DNA of 64,000 bases from assembly GCA_963695225.1 (NCBI GenBank), contig OY968762.1:1376001-1440000 (forward strand), read 5' to 3'. Made by a program: the position numbers and the translations under genes. The notes below the pieces were generated by a model. It did not search any database and was not told the origin of the DNA. It saw only the letters and a program-made list of their open reading frames with translations. The DNA is from Vulcanimicrobiota bacterium (GTDB lineage: Bacteria; Vulcanimicrobiota; Vulcanimicrobiia; Vulcanimicrobiales; Vulcanimicrobiaceae). Each line of letters opens with the position of its first letter. Position 1 is the stretch's first letter. Below are positions 60,125 to 64,000 of this stretch, piece by piece.

Positions 60125-61168
60125 CTAAGAAAACAATGAGAGCTGTTCGGCCGGCGCCTCCGTCAGCGCGGCCACCCGCACCCCGGCAAGCCTCACCGCG
60201 GAGCCTTGTAAATCGGCGCGTTCCAGGCACAGCAGCGCGGCCGCCGCGATCGTTCCCGCGTCGGCGCTCGGCTCCGAAATCGTGAGCTGGCGCACGATCG
60301 TCGTGAAGTCGGCACGCCGCAACTTGACGCCGATCGTCGCGCCGCGCAAGCCGTGCGCGTGCAGGCGCTCGCTCACTTCGAGCGCCGCCGCGCGCACGTA
60401 CTCCCGCAGCCGTTCCTCATCCCGTTCGTCGTATTCGAACGTCTCCTCCGCCGAGACGGAACGCGTCTCGCGATCCGCCACGACGGGGCGCTCGTCGCGC
60501 CCTCGCGCGAGTTCGCGCAGCGCCGTCCCCCCGCGTCCCAGCACGCGCATGAGCCGGTCGTCGTCGAGCGCGGCGAGCGCTCCGATCGTCTCGATGCCCG
60601 CGGCGCTCAAACGCGCCTGCGTCTTCGGCCCGATCCCCCACAGGCGCCCCGCCGGGAGCGGCGCGAGATACGCCGCTTCTTCCCCCGGCGGCACGACGCC
60701 GAGACCGTCCGGCTTCGCCGCATCGGAGGCGATCTTCGCGGCCATCTTTTGCGCCGCGACGCCCGCGCTCACCGTCACCCCTACCTCCGCGCGGACGCTC
60801 GCCCGCACGGCCGCGGCGCACGCGATCGCATCGTCGAGCGAGCGCGCGCCGATATCGACGAACGCCTCATCGAGCGAGAGCCCTTCGACGGCGAGCGCGT
60901 CGCGCTCGAAGATCGCGAAGACCGCGCGCGAGAGTTCGCGATAGCGCGCGAAATCCGGCGGCACGACGACGAGGTGCGGACACAGTTCGCGCGCGCGATA
61001 GAGCGGGAGCGCGGAGCGCACGCCGAACGGGCGCGCCTCGTACGATGCGGTCAGCACGACGGCCCGCCGCCCCGAACCCGCGACGGCGAGCGGTTTTCCT
61101 CGCAACGCCGGATCGTCGAGTTGCGCGGCGCTCGCGTAGAACGCGTCGATATCGAAGTGGAGGATCAC
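60125..61168 (-). CDS. dinB: DNA polymerase IV
   Basis: ILHFDIDAFYAS, ASYEARPFGVRS, SLDEAF, AKIAS..KPDG, LWGIG. Confidence 0.95.
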   Translation of the reverse strand: MILHFDIDAFYASAAQLDDPALRGKPLAVAGSGRRAVVLTASYEARPFGVRSALPLYRARELCPHLVVVPPDFARYRELSRAVFAIFERDALAVEGLSLDEAFVDIGARSLDDAIACAAAVRASVRAEVGVTVSAGVAAQKMAAKIASDAAKPDGLGVVPPGEEAAYLAPLPAGRLWGIGPKTQARLSAAGIETIGALAALDDDRLMRVLGRGGTALRELARGRDERPVVADRETRSVSAEETFEYDERDEERLREYVRAAALEVSERLHAHGLRGATIGVKLRRADFTTIVRQLTISEPSADAGTIAAAALLCLERADLQGSAVRLAGVRVAALTEAPAEQLSLFS

Positions 61169-62022
61169 GCGCTCTGCGCGGCTACGCCCTCGAAGATCGA
61201 ACGGATCGCCGCCACGTTGCGGCGATCGTCCGCTTCGTCACCCGGCGTTTCGAGAATCGCGGTCTTCCCGCGCAGTTCCGCCCGCTCCGCAAGCGCGCGG
61301 AAACCCGCGAAGCCGATCGACCCTTCGCCGATGTGCCAATGCCGGTCGCGATGCCCGCCGAGCGGAATCTGCGTATCGTTGAAGTGGAACAAGTGCAGGC
61401 GCTCGAGCGTGACGTGCCCGGCGATCAGCTCGACGAAGCGATCGACGCCGGGTTGCGAGCCGATGTCGTACCCCGCCGCCCACGAGTGCGCGGTATCGAT
61501 GCAGACTCCGAGTTGCGGATGATCGAGCGCGCGCACGAACTCGCCCAGTTCTTCCACCGTCCCGCCGCAGAGTTGCCCCGCGCCCGCCGAGTTCTCGAGC
61601 ACGAGGAAGACGCCCGGCGCGATCCCCTCGAGCGCCGCCGCGAGCGCCTCGACGACCTGCGCGAAACCCTCCCGCCGCGGACGATTTCCGTAAGAGCCCA
61701 GGTGCGTGTTCACCAAACGCACTCCCCCGGCCGCCGCGAACGCGAGGTCGGCTTTGAGCAAGCGCAGCGAGTTCGCGGCAATCTTCGGATCCTCGCTCGC
61801 GAGGTTGATCAAATACGAGGTGTGGATGACCGCGGGATCGAGCCCGGCCTCCTTCCGCAGCGCCCGAAAGCGCTCGACGCTCGGAAGGTCGAGGGCGCTC
61901 GTGCGATACGTCTTCGGGTTCGACGCGAAGAACTGGATCGCGTCGCAACCGAGCGAGCGCGCGTATGCGACGGCGCCTTCGTAACCGGCGCCGACGTTCA
62001 CGTGCAGGCCCAGGCGCATCAT
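61165..62022 (-). CDS. nfo: Endonuclease IV
   Basis: GLHV, HTSYLINLAS, HLGS, LENSAG, CIDTAH, HFND, DRHWHIGEG, ILETP. Confidence 0.95.
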   Translation of the reverse strand: MMRLGLHVNVGAGYEGAVAYARSLGCDAIQFFASNPKTYRTSALDLPSVERFRALRKEAGLDPAVIHTSYLINLASEDPKIAANSLRLLKADLAFAAAGGVRLVNTHLGSYGNRPRREGFAQVVEALAAALEGIAPGVFLVLENSAGAGQLCGGTVEELGEFVRALDHPQLGVCIDTAHSWAAGYDIGSQPGVDRFVELIAGHVTLERLHLFHFNDTQIPLGGHRDRHWHIGEGSIGFAGFRALAERAELRGKTAILETPGDEADDRRNVAAIRSIFEGVAAQSA

Positions 62023-62750
62023 CCGGGCCGCACCTTCCCCATGTAGAGGTACTGCACGTAGCCGATATCGAGCAGCGCTGCCGGATCGCCGAGGCGTTCG
62101 CCGAGCCGTTCGAGGTACTCCGGCATCAGATCGCCGAACCGCATCCGCGTGCGCGCCCGCGAGCCCTCGTAACCGATGTAGTCGGCGACGCGGGTCTGGG
62201 CCTGCCACGGGATCACGCGCAGGCGCTTGTCGATGAACGGCGCGTCCGCGAAGGCGGGGAACGATTCTCCGGTCAGATCCTCGAGGCTCGACGTGGAGCC
62301 GACGATCTCGTTTGCGACCTCATCGCGCAGCATCCGGACGGGATCTCCGTGGAGCATCGTCTTCCACCAGATCGCGACGACGCCGTAAGGGCGCACGACG
62401 CGCGCGATCTGCGCGAGGGCCTCCGGCGCGTCGAACCAGTGGAAGGCCTGCGCGCTCGCCACGCCGTCGAAGGTGTCATCGGCGAAGGCGAGATCGCCGG
62501 CGGAACCGTGCACGAACGTCGCGTTCGGGAGATGCGCGCGCGCGTGGGCCAGCATCGCTTCGGAGACGTCCACGCCGGTCACGAGCATCCCGCGCGCCGC
62601 GAGCGCGGCGCTCGCGATCCCGGTCCCGCAACCGAGATCGAGGACGCGGCTCCCGGGGCCGAGGCCGTACCCGACGATCGCGTCGTACAGGTCGTCGGAA
62701 TAGCCGATGCGATGCCGGTCGTAGGCGCCGGCGACGGCGTCGAAGCTCAT
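62019..62750 (-). CDS. Class I SAM-dependent methyltransferase
   Basis: VLDLGCGTG, GVDVSEAML, AQAFHWF, RVVRP.G; ATGA coupling on both sides. Confidence 0.92.
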   Translation of the reverse strand: MSFDAVAGAYDRHRIGYSDDLYDAIVGYGLGPGSRVLDLGCGTGIASAALAARGMLVTGVDVSEAMLAHARAHLPNATFVHGSAGDLAFADDTFDGVASAQAFHWFDAPEALAQIARVVRPYGVVAIWWKTMLHGDPVRMLRDEVANEIVGSTSSLEDLTGESFPAFADAPFIDKRLRVIPWQAQTRVADYIGYEGSRARTRMRFGDLMPEYLERLGERLGDPAALLDIGYVQYLYMGKVRPG

Positions 62751-63976
62751 CGCCGAAACCGCAGCGACCGCCCCCGCGAGCCGCGCGGACCGAAGGACAG
62801 CGCGCGCCCCGACGACATGCTGCGCGAGGGGTTCTTCTCGAACGTCGTCTCGGTGATCAGCACGGCGTCGGAAGGCCGCTCGCGCCGGCCGACCCGCCCG
62901 ATCAACTGCTCCACTTCCGATTCGCCGAATGCATCCGCATCCGTGATCACGATCAAGTCGGCGGCCGGGATGTCGAGCCCGCTGCCGACGAGGTTCGTGG
63001 CGGCCAAGATCGAAGGCGCCGCATCCGTGAACGCGCGCATGCTCTCGATGCGCGTCTGCTGCCCGTGCACGCGAATCCCCTTGCGACGGTAGCGCTTCCC
63101 CTGTTCCGCGGTATCGGCCATGTCGCCGCGCAGTTGCTGCACGTTCAGTTGATAGCGATCTTCGAGCCGCGTGGCGAGCTTGGGAACGTCGCCGCGCGTC
63201 CGCCCGATCACGAAGATGCGCGAGCCGCGCGCGAGATGCTCGCGGATCAAAGCGTCGGCGCGCGCGAGTTGTTCGGGCGGGGGCTCGCCCCAGACGCCCG
63301 AGATCTTGTGCACGGTCGTCGGCAGCACGTCGAACGGCATCGCCTCCATGGTGACCATGTTTTCGAACGCACCGACGCGATTGAGGAACGTGCGCAGTTC
63401 GTTCGGCGTCGCCGAGGCGAACAAGAGCGGGCAATCGAGGTCTTCCAGCAGCCGCAAATGCTCTCGTTCGTCGAACGCGTTCACGTCGTCGACGATCGTC
63501 AGCGCGCTGCGGTCGAGCACGTCCCACAGATCGTCGCTCGAGATCATCATCGCGCTCCCGACGAGGAACCGGATCGCGCCGTTGCGGACGCCCTCGATCG
63601 TATCCCGCCGTTCCCCGGGCGCGATCCCGCCGTGGATCTCGCCGATCTGCAAACCCGTTTCCGCCAGCCGGTCGCGGAAATACGTGCAATCTTGCCGGAC
63701 GAGATCGCGCGTCGGCGCGATCAAGCACGCGTAGCCGCCGGTGCGCAACACTTCGCCCAGCGCGACGCGCATCATCACCTCGGTCTTCCCCGAGCCGGTC
63801 GGCGCTTTCAGGAGGAACTCGAAGTCGCCGGCGGCCAACCCGGCGCCGATCGTTTCGATCGCGGTCTGCTGATCGGGGGTCAGCGAGAAACGCTCACCCG
63901 GCTGGACCAATTCCCTGGCGACCGCGACGGCCTGCGCGTTCGCGTCGACTTGAGCCCAAATCGCGTCGTTATCCAC
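62747..63976 (-). CDS. RecG-like SF2 helicase core, truncated and divergent
   Basis: LTPDQ, APTGSGKT, LIAPT, SATP, ATNLVGSGLDIP, QLIGRVGR; no N-terminal wedge domain. Confidence 0.82.
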   Translation of the reverse strand: MDNDAIWAQVDANAQAVAVARELVQPGERFSLTPDQQTAIETIGAGLAAGDFEFLLKAPTGSGKTEVMMRVALGEVLRTGGYACLIAPTRDLVRQDCTYFRDRLAETGLQIGEIHGGIAPGERRDTIEGVRNGAIRFLVGSAMMISSDDLWDVLDRSALTIVDDVNAFDEREHLRLLEDLDCPLLFASATPNELRTFLNRVGAFENMVTMEAMPFDVLPTTVHKISGVWGEPPPEQLARADALIREHLARGSRIFVIGRTRGDVPKLATRLEDRYQLNVQQLRGDMADTAEQGKRYRRKGIRVHGQQTRIESMRAFTDAAPSILAATNLVGSGLDIPAADLIVITDADAFGESEVEQLIGRVGRRERPSDAVLITETTFEKNPSRSMSSGRALSFGPRGSRGRSLRFRR

Positions 63977-64000
63977 TATGCCTCATCGGAATCCGTCTTC

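Overview
A GC-rich, gene-dense bacterial chromosome segment made mostly of housekeeping genes. These include MacB-like ABC permeases, htrA, dnaK-grpE-dnaJ, pyc, an acyl-CoA synthetase, nth, mutY, lpdA-lipB-lipA, gdh, ychF, mtnP, holB, tmk, an amino-acid decarboxylase, bioY, pdxS/T, ispE, ubiX, fumC, dinB and nfo. The gene repertoire suggests Ca. Eremiobacterota or a similar soil lineage; this is inference only. I saw no rRNA, tRNA, CRISPR array or transposase. The most unusual part is a compact locus at about 53,960-57,570. It holds a broken FAD oxidoreductase, a 118-aa protein that is half sulfur amino acids (52 Met + 7 Cys), a convergent XRE-cupin (SutR-like) regulator preceded by a small Met/Cys/Trp-tailed ORF, and a form IV RuBisCO-like protein with a KDDH motif. 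A 14-bp TCC-N8-GGA-type palindrome occurs upstream of both the Met-rich gene and the regulator operon, which suggests an undescribed regulated sulfur/methionine storage or metal-chelation system. Other notable items are a ~290-bp nested inverted-repeat element before dnaK, a tmk gene that needs a non-canonical (probably CTG) start, a membrane protein ending in RGPP upstream of a metal-uptake pair, a split Fe-S nuclease plus degenerate UvrD pair, and a truncated RecG-like helicase.
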